Source: Eledone cirrhosa (taxonomy: Eukaryota). From it: 64,000 nt of DNA. The DNA is taken from positions 52,018,001 through 52,082,000 of the forward strand of contig OZ024751.1 in NCBI GenBank assembly GCA_964016885.1, read 5' to 3'. This document shows positions 26,870-38,845 of the stretch, piece by piece (within the stretch, counting starts at the first letter, position 1; every line of letters starts with the position of its first letter). A program made the translations under genes and the position numbers. The notes below the pieces were generated by a model. It did no database searches. It had not been told where the DNA came from and was given only the letters and a program-made list of their open reading frames with translations.

Positions 26870-26870
<1 letters not shown>
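26681..26870 (-). mobile_element. Fold-back element, related subfamily
   Basis: Inverted repeat 26757-26870; tail ACCCACTCTACTACCC on the minus strand; GAAA TGGC..GCCA TC AGGG. Confidence 0.65.
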
Positions 26871-26912
<42 letters not shown>

Positions 26913-26917
<5 letters not shown>

Positions 26918-27021
26918 GGAAATCAGTAAAATCGAATCTCTGGCGGTTTGCAAGTAAATTCGGCCTACTTATATGAAGTGATGAGTTAGCAAAGCACTCG
27001 ATAAGGTAGGGCCTTAGAGTA
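26913..27021. repeat. TA-embedded interspersed repeat, near-identical to 44171-44280
   Basis: ~90 bp identical, starting at the same TA junction (taattggaaatcagtaaaatcg). Confidence 0.85.
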
Positions 27022-27309
27022 ATATATATATATATATATAATAATAATGAAATTATTGTGTACAGTGCTCAGGTGCACTACAACTCATCAAAGGTGCATG
27101 TATAGTACATAGAATAATGTACAAATGTCAGGAAAATAAACAGTGTATGAGTCATGATATAATAACAATAACAATAATGAAATATTGTGCACAGTGCCCA
27201 GGTGCACCACAACCCATCAAAAAAGTGCATGTACAGTACATAGGGCAATGCACAAACATCAGTAAAATGAACAGTGCACACATGTGTGCATGTGTATGGA
27301 AGGGGCACA

Positions 27310-29984
27310 TCAGGTGTAGTTTTGGCGTATTTCGGGAAGCATGAGTGTCTTAAAGGATGCAGTGTCTCAGCAGCTAACAATTGACGCAGGTAGTTTGTTC
27401 CATGCTTCAGCAACTCTGAGCGTGAAAAAATGTCTGCGAAAGTCATGGGAGCTGTGCTGTTTTCTTATCTTGTAGGCATGTCCACGTGTGTTAGACACAT
27501 GGAGATCAAAGAGGCGCTCAGGGTTGCAGTTGGCGAGATGGTTAAAAACTTTGTGGGTATTCACCAAGTCCATTGCCAGACGTCGGAGCTTCAATGAATC
27601 CATGCCCAGGGAAGCAAGGCGTTCAGAGTATGGTAGGTGTCTGATGGAGGGTATGCGCTTGGTTGCACGTCTCTGAACAGTTTCCAGGAGGTCAATGTTC
27701 CGAGCAAGATAGGGGTTCCAGACTGATGATGCGAATTCCAAGTGTGGTCGCACCATAGCTGTATACAGTTTTAAATAGATGGCTGGAGAGCGGCTAACAA
27801 AGGTCTTGCTGAGTGAGGCCAAGACTTTTTGATGTCAGTGTTGTGGAGGGAGTATGTGGACGCTGGATTTTTCCTTCCAAAATGCATGGTGGTACACTTG
27901 TCCACAGCCAGCTTCAGTTGCCAGTCTGTGATCCATTGCTGCATTGTGTCCAGGTCTGATTGTAGGAAAGAGTTGTAAATTTCAGGATCAGTCCTTTTGA
28001 TTTCAAGGTACAGCTTGATGTCATCTGCATATTTTAGTACCGTGGCATTCTGTAAGTTGGTATCTATGTCATTAATATATGCCACAAACAAAAGAGGACC
28101 AAGAACAGATCCCTGTGGTACACCAGATGACATCTCATATGGTGAAGAATGCTGTCCCAGAACCGTGACTACTTCCTTTCGGCTGAGAATGAAGGATTTC
28201 AGCCAGTTGAAAAGATCATCCCTCACACCCATTGCAGAGAGTTTTGCCATAAGTCTTTTGTGTGGCACAGAATTAAAAGCCTTAGCAAAGTCAAGGTAAA
28301 CAACATCCACCCATGAGCCGCTGTCAGTGATCCGGGTGATGTCCTCAAGGAACTCGATAAGCTGATCACAGCAGCTGGAGTTAGGGATAAATCCAAACTG
28401 TGAGGGCCGGATGAGGCTGTGAGAGCTCCAGAAGTTCCAAAGTGTTTCTCTGACACAGGATTCCATCAGTTTGGCCATACAGCTAGTAAGACTGACTGGA
28501 CGATAGTTGACAGGTGACATGCGGTTGCCCTTTTTGAACAGGGGAATGACACTGGCAGTTTTCCACTGCTCCGGAGTAGCACCATTGCTGAGACAGTATT
28601 GAAAGAAAAAAGAAAGCTGGCGCAAAAGGAAATCCCCGCCACGTTTGAGAAGCAGGTATGTCACACCATCAAGACCAGGGGAGGCATAGTTGCGCTTATT
28701 CTTAAGGTGACGTCGCAACATTGCAGGTGTAAATTCCATAGTTGTTATGGAATTTGATGTTAGAGATGGTGGAGATGGTACATTCTGGTTTTCAACAGTA
28801 AAAATACTTGCATAGCACTCAGCAATGAGTTCTGCGCATTCCTTGGGATTGTCAGTGATCTGGCTTGTGTGGGGATTGCGAAGAGGACCAACTGGAGAGT
28901 GAGGTCTCTGCTTTGAATGAACATATTTCCAGAACACCTTACTGTCAGGATTGGTTGCGATGCACTGTTCAAATTCAAGCACTGCCTTCTTTGTCACTTG
29001 CTTGAGATGATTAGAAGATTTATTCCGCTTTTTTCTGTTGGCATCTGATCTATGCAGTTTATATTCCCGTTCAGCGTTCCGACGTTCTTTCCTGGCAAGT
29101 CGGACCACTGAAGTTTCCCAGATTGCACTTTTGGGGTGGTTATTTTTCCGCTTCCGTGGCACTGATGCTGCACACGCTATCCATATTGAGTCCAGGATGC
29201 TCTGGAGTATAGAGTTCACATCTCCAGAGTTATACATCTCATGCCAGTTTGGGCGCTGTAGCTCAGTGCAGTACAAGTTCCAATCCGCCCTCTTCCAATC
29301 AAAGCAAGCAGATTGGAGATGGCCCTGGTTTTTGTTGCTGCCCTCAAGTGCCAGATTGGCAATGATCATAGCATGATCAGAGTTGCCTAGAGGTTCCTCA
29401 GTAGTACAACTGATAACCACTTCAGGAGTAGTGGTGAAGATCAGGTCCAAAGTGTTGTCACCTCTTGTTGGAGAGGTGACTACTTGTGACCAGTTTGAGT
29501 CCAGCACTAGTTCAAGGAAATCGTTTGCACCCTGTGGCCAACGAAAGGTTTCCCAATCGATCTCAGGATGATTGAAGTCACCTGCAATAAACACATAAGT
29601 GGCTGTTTTCTTGGCAGCAACTCTGAGGATATCGCAAAGCTGTGTGTCCTGATGGTAGTTTGGGGGGCGATAAACAACACCAAGCAGAAGTGTTGACATG
29701 GTCATACGTATGTCACAGAAAAAAACTTCTTCCTGTGATTCGTTCAAATCAACGCAAGGAATTACCGAAAAGTTTGAACGAACGTAGACCATCACACCAC
29801 CACCACGGCGGTTAATGCGGTCCTTGCGGAAAAGGTTGTACCCAGTAATGGTGAAAACCCCATCACAGAGTAAGGAATGTGCCCATGTTTCCGTGACTGT
29901 GATGAAGTCAGGGTCGATGCTTCTGACGTAGGATTCGAACAGATGTATCTTGTTGCATAAACTGCGAGCATTTAATGACAACAA
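27310..29984 (-). pseudogene. LINE ORF2 (AP endonuclease + reverse transcriptase, CR1/L2/Jockey-group type), disrupted by one frameshifting deletion near 27825 and a premature TGA at 27367
   Basis: ORF 27771-29984 has APE motifs (LNARS, VTETW, VYRPP, GDFN, TRGDNTLDL, SDH) and RT motifs (NYRPVSLTS, LDFAKAFNSVPH, GVPQGSVLGPLLF, YADD). The C-terminus continues in ORF 27367-27822 (VRPHLEFAS..W, LETVQRRATK, FFTLRVAEAWNKLP). The frame continues past the TGA to a second stop at 27310. Confidence 0.95.
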
Positions 29985-30040
29985 TTTGTACCCTGCTCGC
30001 AGTTTATGATGGTGTGTAGAGGGTGGCAGGTTGTTCTGGT

Positions 30041-30961
30041 TTAGTTTCCCAGAGTTGTAGCAGTTTTTACATTGCCAGTTATTGCGGGTAGATCACACTC
30101 AGACCAGCTGGTATCTCTCTTCCACGTTTCACCAGCCTTGACAAACCTCCAGATCTGCCCATCATCACGCAGACTGAAACTTTCATCTTGTGCTGAGTTC
30201 CGATTCAAGGAAGCTGCAGCACGTAGTTTTGGACGTACATGGGGTGGTAGGCCTGGGCGTGTTCGGAAGGTAATCCGATTTTCACGCCCAGCTTTGGCAG
30301 AGGCCAGATGATATGAGGTTGCCTCTGCGGGGTCCGAGAAAGACAGCCTGATGAGTCTGGGTTTTGGACCAGGTCGACCAAGGCGGAGGGCACCCTTTGG
30401 GGGAACACAGCCTAGGTCTTTGGCTGAGCTGGCAGCAAATGCCTGAAGATCAGCCTTGTCCTCTGGTACCCCAATGGCAATCACTTCATGGGTAGCAGAT
30501 TCCGCAGTCTTTTCAGCAAGAGGTACAGGGAGATTCTTTAGGAAGGCATGCCGATAAGACCCCTTATTGTGGGGTCCTACCCGAATGCTTGCCTCTATTC
30601 CTGCAACTTCCCTTCTCAGAGCAGAAATCATTAGTTGCAGTTCCGCAAAATCTGTACTGGTCGGTTGTTGTTGCTGCTGCTGCTGCTGTCGTTGTTGGTG
30701 ATGATGATGTTCCTCCACGGGAATGGCAGGGGAGGACACAGTCGCAGGTTGTTGCTGTTGTTGTTGTTGGTGATGATGATGTTCCTCCACGGGAATGGTA
30801 GGGGAAGACACAGTCACCAGTTGTTGGTGTCGAAATGTACTGGGAGTGGAAGACATGGGTTGTTGTTGTTTCTGATGTTCTCCCACAGGAATAGCAGTAG
30901 AAGCCAGTGTCATAGGTTTTTGCCGTTGTTGTTGTATATTTTTTTTTCTCCCACACGCCAC
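30041..30961 (-). CDS. LINE ORF1 protein (Gln/His-rich repeats, coiled-coil-like segment, RLGR RRM-like region); true start uncertain
   Basis: 306-aa ORF directly upstream of ORF2 on the same strand. Contains IAIGVPE and LRLGRPGPKPRLIRLSF, motifs typical of ORF1 in this LINE group. Confidence 0.8.
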   Translation of the reverse strand: MACGRKKNIQQQRQKPMTLASTAIPVGEHQKQQQPMSSTPSTFRHQQLVTVSSPTIPVEEHHHHQQQQQQQPATVSSPAIPVEEHHHHQQRQQQQQQQQPTSTDFAELQLMISALRREVAGIEASIRVGPHNKGSYRHAFLKNLPVPLAEKTAESATHEVIAIGVPEDKADLQAFAASSAKDLGCVPPKGALRLGRPGPKPRLIRLSFSDPAEATSYHLASAKAGRENRITFRTRPGLPPHVRPKLRAAASLNRNSAQDESFSLRDDGQIWRFVKAGETWKRDTSWSECDLPAITGNVKTATTLGN

Positions 30962-31451
30962 CTACACCCACAACACGCTTAAACCCCACACACACGTGCT
31001 TTCCACCACATATTTACACCCTCAGCCTCCTGATTCCTCTCCCCCCCACCTCTCTATCCACACACGCACAGACACTCCGACCTACAGCCCCCCCCCCCAC
31101 TCTTCCTGAACATGCAACCCCGTTCTTCCCCCAACCCTTACTTTCACATACACACACACACACATGTACACCTACACACACACACCACCTTCAGCCCTCC
31201 CCGCTCGGACACCCCGTCTCCCTCTCCCCACTCCACCCGCCACCACCCCTACACACCCTTCCACCACCTGTTTTACCCCTTTTTAATTTCAGTTTATTTT
31301 GATCATGCTTTTATATTTATTTTTATTTCATTCCTTTTATTTTGATCATGCTTTATTTTTATTTTTAATTTCATTCGCACCGTTTCCTTTCGCTATATGT
31401 CTCTCCACCACTCCCCTACACACCCTTTGAACTCTGTTCCCACACACTTCT

Positions 31452-31485
31452 CACCTGAGGAAGGGCTTATGCCCGAAACGTCGTT
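31452..31485 (+). ncRNA. Minimal hammerhead ribozyme-like motif (Penelope-type)
   Basis: cac CTGAGGA a GGGC ttat GCCC GAAA CG TC gtt: intact core, 4-bp stem II, palindromic ACGT stem III, GUC site; stem I is only 2 bp. Confidence 0.65.
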
Positions 31486-31570
31486 CCCCACCACCACACC
31501 ACTCTCCAGAGCGTGAAATTAATAAACATTCGTTGTACTGCCTCTCTGTTTTGTTCCTGTTCAAATTTTT

Positions 31571-31647
<77 letters not shown>

Positions 31648-31648
31648 G

Positions 31649-31704
<56 letters not shown>

Positions 31705-31730
31705 TATATATATGTAGAGAGAGAGAGAGA

Positions 31731-31963
31731 AATGACTTTTACAGGGCTAGAACTGTTTCAGTCATATGAAATCATTCCTGATGATTTCATATAAATGAAA
31801 CAGTTCTAGTCTTGTAGAAGTCATGCCTATATATAATAAAGATGCCAATATGCTACCAACGTAGTGAGTACTTTTTTTAACTGTGGTTACCTCCCTGATA
31901 CAACTAAGGAACCTATGTGATAAAGAGGCGGGACTTCAGATTAAGACTCACGTTTTAGCCTGA
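31731..31963 (+). mobile_element. Fold-back hammerhead element
   Basis: Inverted repeat 31732-31824 with its apex at CTGATGA; microsatellite-flanked. Confidence 0.65.
31775..31819 (+). ncRNA. Hammerhead-like fold at the apex of a fold-back element
   Basis: TTC CTGATGA ..weak stem II.. GAAA CAG..TTG TA GAA. Homologues lie at 49736-49780 (-) and 45411-45443; the latter has a perfect ACAGT/ACTGT stem III. Confidence 0.55.
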
Positions 31964-34834
31964 ATATATATATATATATATATATATTATATAATATATA
32001 TTTATGGAAGGTGACAAATGGATCCACAAGTGTGTAATGGAAGAAGCCTATAGAAAAGAAAAACTAAAAAAGATATGAGAAGTAATGAAGTCTGATCACA
32101 GGAGGCTGCACCTTTTACAAAAGAGATGACAGAGTACTACTTATAGATTTAGTAATACAATTCTTCCAAACTAAGAATGTTAGATAGAATGCTTTGTGTT
32201 AGTCATTCCACCTCTCTGTGCCCTGAGTTCAAAACCCAAGGTCAACTTTGCTTGACATCCTTTTGAGGTTGATAAAAAAAAGTCCAGTTCGGGTGTCAAT
32301 TTTTCTGCTCTCTCTCTCCTTCTCTGGGGAAATTGGGTGTGTTCAGACTTGGAGAGAGGATGGGTTCCACCAAGTTTAAAATGCTCAATACATGCTAGAT
32401 GTCACTACAACGACCCTATGACTCCATCAGATGTTACGGGTGTATTCATACATACATTGTTGCAAACCTAACATAAAGAACTAATAAAGAAATATGAAAA
32501 ATCCTTAACAAAAAATATCAAACTTCAGAGCAGTGGGGTTCTTAATCTTTTCAATAATAAAACACCTAAAAACTATCTCTGGTTCTATGATATAAAATTG
32601 TATAGTTCAAAGAGTTTATTTATATTTATCTACAAACTTTCCTTCAAAATTTTATGGAAAAACCTTTAAGTTATGTTCCAAACAGCAATGCTTTTTGTAT
32701 TAATTCTGTCCTAAATCTCTCCTCCATTTCTAGCTGTAATATTTTCATATTTTTGACAAAAAACACCTTTAAATTTCCCTGACCATTCTTTGTTGTGTTA
32801 TCATCTCAAATCTTACCAACACAGAGGTTTTCCAATTTGTGTAAACAAACATTACATGTGAAATACCACCTTAATGTACAAAACTGCACCCCAGAAAGTA
32901 GCTGACGAGGTAGAGATGCAGTTGTCTGTTTGACTTATGTAACCGTTTTTCTGTGTGCATCTTCTGTTGATACTATTATATATATATATATATAGTATAT
33001 AAAATTAATCAGATTATGTGTTAGTTTAACACCAACACTTCAGTATTCAGTATTCAGTGTAGAGCACTCAATGAGGGTCTATTAATTCCGGAGTAAATTT
33101 ATAAACAAGAGGTATAAATAAATCAATATTTCATAATTTACTTCTTTTAAGTAAAAGAAGTAAACCTCTTGTTTATATATATATATATATGATATGTATG
33201 TATATGTATATATATATAATCTGTGTGTAACTATGTAATGTTAACTTAATTCACAACATAAGATTTTCTGGAGACAGTTAGTTGGCTCATGTTTTTTCTA
33301 CTAAAACTAAAATAATTTATATAGGTTTTATTTTTGTTTTTATTGTTATTGTTGCTGCAGTTGCTGTTGTCATTATTGGCGTTACCATTGTTGTTGCTGC
33401 AGTTGCTGTTCCCATTGTCGCTGTTGTTATAACTGTTGTCATTGTTACTGCTGCAGTTGTTGTCATTGTTGTTGTCATTGTTATTGCCATTGTTGTTGTT
33501 GAAACTGCTGTAGTTATTGTCATCATAGTAACAGCTAAATCAACAACACAGACAACATGCCTAAATTTCCCCCTGACATCTACTATTAAGTAGCACCTTC
33601 TGTTCTCTGTGTGTTCTCATTAATCAATAATGATAATAATATTGTTTCCTTATATCTCCACAACCTAACACCTTCTCTGATACTTTCCAGTGTTCTATTC
33701 AAACATGGACATTTTTTTAAAATTCAAATTATTGAAATTCTTGCCTTACTTTCTTTTGTGTGTGAGGTTTTTTTTAGGTTCATCTTTATTTTGAAATTTT
33801 CAAATTCCTAAAAGATGTTTTTATTAACCTTTTTTTTTAAAAATATATTTCAGTGAAGAACATTGCTTTTAGTTTTTAAAATCATTTTGAAAATAATCAA
33901 GAATTTTGAAAGGACTTGGTCATATAACTAACTTTCTTATTATTTACCTCATGTTAGATAAATATAAACACTTTAAAATAAATAGCTTTGTATTGTAGAA
34001 CCAGTGGCAGTTTCAGGTGTTTCGGTATCATGTATGAAATATGTGTATTCTAATGCAAATGACCATAATAATAGTCGATTAATATAAACAATAGTTGAGA
34101 ACATCTGGTAAAATACTTCTGGAGATGGAATGTATGTTTTATATTAAATTATTATTAAAATTAACCAAAGATTAACTGAATGAGCATTTAATACATATAA
34201 GTAGAATATACAATTTATTTTTACAATTGACTTTGTGTTGGATAAGTGTTATGTATGGAACTCTAGTGCTTAAGTAACTACTGATCTATCTCACATATTG
34301 TGTACATGTGCACACACATACATATATACTAACAACAATATCTGACATTGCCCAGGAAAGAAATGACTCAGTGGATAATTTCATCACAAATAATAATGGC
34401 AATTAGGCATAAATATATCATTTGAAACACAACATTTATATTCTATGTAACTGAGATATATGGTAGAATTTAAAAAAAAAAAGCTTTAATATATACGTAG
34501 ATATTTATTTGGTGTAAGTGTTTTTTCAAAAAAATTAAATTCTAAAAAATATTAATTGGAGAGACAAAAAAGGCAATGTATACTTATAGACAAACAAACA
34601 CTATTATTGAATAGGAAATAAACATTTATATAAGTGGTGAATGGATTTATAAACATTTCTTAGAGTAAATTCAAGGTGTAATGGCTTACTGAATTTATTT
34701 ATTACATTTATAACAATGTAATAATCATTAAATACTACATGAAATACAAAATAAATAACACCATTAATTTTCCTGTAAAAAAAAAATGGTTATCATGGTT
34801 ATTTTTAATAAAGTTTTTCTTATATATATATATA

Positions 34835-34935
34835 CAGGGTGTCCCCCAAAAATGTATACACACTTCAACAGCATTCTAACAAATATTATCTGTACAGGTA
34901 ATGAAAGTGTGTATACATTTTTTGGGAACATACTG
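34835..34935. mobile_element. Tc1/mariner-type MITE
   Basis: ~30-bp imperfect TIRs (CAGGGTGTCCCCCAAAAATGTATACACACTT / AAGTGTGTATACATTTTTGGGAACATACTG) flanked by TA. Confidence 0.85.
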
Positions 34936-35947
34936 TATATATATATATACACATACACACACATATATATATTCACACACACATATGCCAAGCTTCCACA
35001 GTTTTCATCTAATTTTAACTCAAGGCTTTAGTCAACACAAGGCTGTAATTGAAGACATTTAACTTAGATGTCAGGCAGTGGGATTGAACCTGAAATCACA
35101 CTGGTCTATTGCCTTCCTCATTGCTGAGGGTTAAGGACCATGGATAATTGCACCATTGCTTATCCATATGATGCTGTATATTTATGATTCACATTGGGAA
35201 AAAAAGTGATTTATGTGTATATATATATGTATATATTATTAGCACAGATTAAAAGTTTAAGCAAACAATTTTTGCTTTCACCTTAAAGCGGGATAATCTG
35301 AAACTGAGAAATATCAATCTGTGATCACAGAAGTAAATATTTCAAAAAGATTACGAGCAAATATTGGCTTTTGGAAAATAGAAACACATCGTAGAGGATG
35401 ACCAGAAAGACCTGGGCAGAGGTTGTGAGTGCGAACCCGTCCAACCCATGCAAGCATGGAAAAGCGGACGTAAAGACAATGATGATGATGATGATAATGG
35501 TAGAAAAAACGCACCCAGGACACCCTGTAAGGTGGTTGGTGTTAAGAAGCGCATACAGCCATAACCCATATCAAATATGGAATTTATAAGCAAGAGGGGT
35601 TAATCCAATCCCTTTGGTCTCCAACACCATGTTTGTCACAGATTGTGACAACCCATCCAACCCAAAGCCATCTTGGAAAGCAGACATAAAAGTATGATGA
35701 TGATGATGATGGTATATAAGATGAAAGGATATTCAAATTAAAAGAAGTGTAAATAAAAGAAATGTGTGGAATGTCAACAATGAGGTTCCTGATACAAGAG
35801 AAACAGTAGATAATATTGGCAAAGAAACAAGAGCAGATATTACAATGGTCTCTACATTGTCCTAACAACATAACATACAGAATGCAACATTGCTAGACAT
35901 TGTGTGTATGTGTACTGGGAGCACACACATATATATTATATATATAC

Positions 35948-35993
<46 letters not shown>

Positions 35994-36678
35994 ATATCTA
36001 TATATATATATACGTGTGTATAATGGTAGCTATGGTGCTTCCATAGGTGGTATGCCAAAATTAGCACTCAATATTCATACAGAGCAGAGTGTGGATAGTA
36101 TAAAAAAAAAAAAAATCAGTGATGCATCTGGACTCAGTTTATTGCGTGTTACAATTGTTTCACCGGCAGGTAGCTCGAGACATGATCACTGTATGGATCT
36201 AGCTGATTCTACGGCTGCAGGTTCCTTCGGACTCGGGCAGTTCGTTCGCAGCAAATTTTCTCACTGGGGTGTTATTGTCAAAAAACACCTTCAAAAAACA
36301 TCTTCCACTCTTGTCATGCCATTGGCTGTTGTTATTCTACGTCATCTTAAGTTTTGGTAACTATTTACTGCTACACGGGTCATCAGCCATTTTCCGTCCG
36401 ACACACTTCAATGGAGCCCTGCTGGGTTCGGTATCTCACATGTCTGTTCACACTCCAGAGTATGTACCCACATATATACACACACACACGCGCAGGCACA
36501 CACACATGCATGCATACACATATGTACGCATACATGTGTAGACACACATACCCCCATACACATATATACACGCACACACTCTCCCTCTCTTCCACAAACC
36601 TAGGCACACCCACATCCAGATACCGACTGCCACATGCTTATATATATATGTATGTATATATACACACACATATATATA

Positions 36679-37070
36679 CAGTATGGCGCAGATAAATCTG
36701 GAAAAAATTAATGGATAATAAAAACAGCATTTTTTTTTTAATTAACTAATTAATATATTTCAATGAAACTTTATACACAGTTAGGCACATGTATAAGGTA
36801 CAACAATAACTCGATGTGGCCACTATTTTCTCCAGGCTGAAGCATGACTTGGTGATGGCATCCCTGTCTATGTTGGCCATGGCATCCCCGATGGTTGCCT
36901 TGAGAGCCTCCTTGGTGTTGTAGGGCCTGCTGTTCACCTCCCTCTCCAAGAGCCAGGCCTGGGTGGTCCTGGCCTTGTGGGCAGCGGCAGAGTCCTGTTG
37001 AAATATGTAGGGCCTCCCATAAACCACTCTGTCCATCCAGAGCAGGACTTGCTCGTCCAGGGGCCTCACG
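36679..37070 (-). mobile_element. Tc1/mariner (maT-like) transposase remnant with one terminus
   Basis: YIFQQDSAAAHKARTTQAWL..LEREVNSRP..TKEALKATI; the SPDLNP block is deleted; TA|CAGT terminus at 36679. Confidence 0.8.
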
Positions 37071-37189
37071 TAACTGTTATATATATAGGGGCCTCATGTA
37101 ACATATATATATGCTCCCAGTACACACAGTAAAGTGGTTGGCAGATAAGGACACAACTTTCAACCTAATGTTAATGTGAAACTAGAATG

Positions 37190-37840
37190 CACTTGTGCCA
37201 CAATAAAATGCATCCAGCCCATCCTGTAAAATGGCAGCATTGGAGACATGATAAAGAAATGGTAGTGCTGGTAACACAATAAAATGCACCCAGCCCACTC
37301 TGTAAAATGGTAGTCTGGTAACACAATCAAATGCACCCAGCCCACCCTATAAACTAGTAGTGCTAGTAACATGATAAAATGCACCCAGCCAACTCCATGA
37401 AATGATAGTCTGGTAACAGAATAAAATGCACCCAGCCCACTCTGTGAAATGGAAGTGGTGGAGATAAAAAATACACCCAGTACACTATGTAGAGTGGTAG
37501 TGCTGGTAACATGATAAAATGCACCCAGCCCACACTGTAAAATGGTAGTGCTGAAGTTATGATAATATACACCCAGTACATTATGTAAAGTAGTAGTGCT
37601 GGTTATATAATAAAATGTATCCACTACACTCTGTAAAGTTGTGATCCCAGTAACACAATAAAACACATCCAGTCTACATTGTAAAGTAGTTGGCATGAGG
37701 AGTGGCATCCAGTCATAGAGACACAATCTCAAACTGGAACATATGAGCAGGGCGTGTTCAGCTGACCTGTCGGGACTCAGCACATGACAACCCGTCTAAC
37801 CTATGCCAGTGTGGAACACAGACGTAAAATGGTAATGATG
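37190..37840 (+). repeat. Tandem amplification (~45-bp unit, ~11 copies) of a SINE internal module, ending in a SINE tail
   Basis: gtagtgctggtaacacaataaaatgcacccagcccactctgtaaaatg repeated, then ggcatccagtc..cccgtctaacctatgc..gatgat. Confidence 0.8.
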
Positions 37841-38810
37841 ATATACACACACACACATATACATATATATATATAGAGAGAGAGTTGTAGCTTTCTCGAA
37901 ATTTCTTTCTTGTCTGCGTGCATGTGTATTCGTGTGCGAGTGTGTAAAGAGTGTGCATTTATGTATGCGTCTTTGTGTATATCAGTATGCATCTATGTAT
38001 GCATGAAAGTCGACCGCTTCCTCAACCGTGTCACCCTTCGAGTACTCTGATCTATTATTTAGAGTAGTGTAGTATGTTATATGGTGGGCTTTACGCCTGA
38101 ATGAATGAGGTTACGAGGAAAGGGCGGAGGGGTGAATGGGGGAAACAGCACCACATCGAGCTACACCGCAGATTTTCCGCGAATCGATGACTGATGCAGA
38201 CTGATCGAAGTAGATGGACGATGATGTATACTGCAATTAGCAGTGGGGGAACGGAAGGGGGAAAAGAAAGGAGGAAGAGAAAGGGGAAGTGTTGAATGAA
38301 GATTAAATCTGTAAAATATCACGAGAAAGAATGAAAGAGAGAGAAATATGTGTGGTGGTGTTGATGGAAGCCCTAAAACTTGCTGAAAAAAAAATACGAA
38401 GATAAAGCAATTTCGTTAAGTTGTTAATAAATACATGGTACAGGTGAAATAGATCGTCTTCAAAAAATTACATGGATATTAAACATATGCATATTAAATA
38501 TGTGTAGGAGACAGATATATTTATCGAGGATATACAGATGAATGTTAACACATATACACACACAGAGAAAGTAAATTTTTCGTTTCCACTGTATATAGTC
38601 ACCATACACATATTTTAGTATACAAAATCTCTCTGTATGTATGTGTGTGTATATATATATATATATATATCAGCGTGAGTGTGTAATGTATGATTATATA
38701 AATATATACATTACACTCAGGCACACAAATATTGGAGGATAATAATAATGTTTTGTTTAATATTATAACGTGTTGCATTCATTAAAATACTAAATTTCTC
38801 ACTCCATCAC

Positions 38811-38845
<35 letters not shown>

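Larger units (their letters stand above)
27041..30961 (-). mobile_element. Near full-length non-LTR retrotransposon with (ATT)n tail inserted in a (TA)n tract
   Basis: ORF1 + ORF2 + 3' UTR. The UTR has an internal ~125-bp duplication (27056 vs 27184). GC-richer than the flanks; the tail merges into (TA)n at ~27040. Confidence 0.9.

Noticed and set aside
27997-30311. Plus-strand ORFs overlapping the LINE (and 25453-26103)
   Set aside because: Antisense shadows of the real minus-strand coding frames.
33282-33593. Hydrophobic Val/Ile-rich ORF
   Set aside because: Degenerate (GTT)n repeat.
37190-37700. CRISPR-like repeat array
   Set aside because: Eukaryotic context, degenerate units without unique spacers, SINE-derived, no cas genes.
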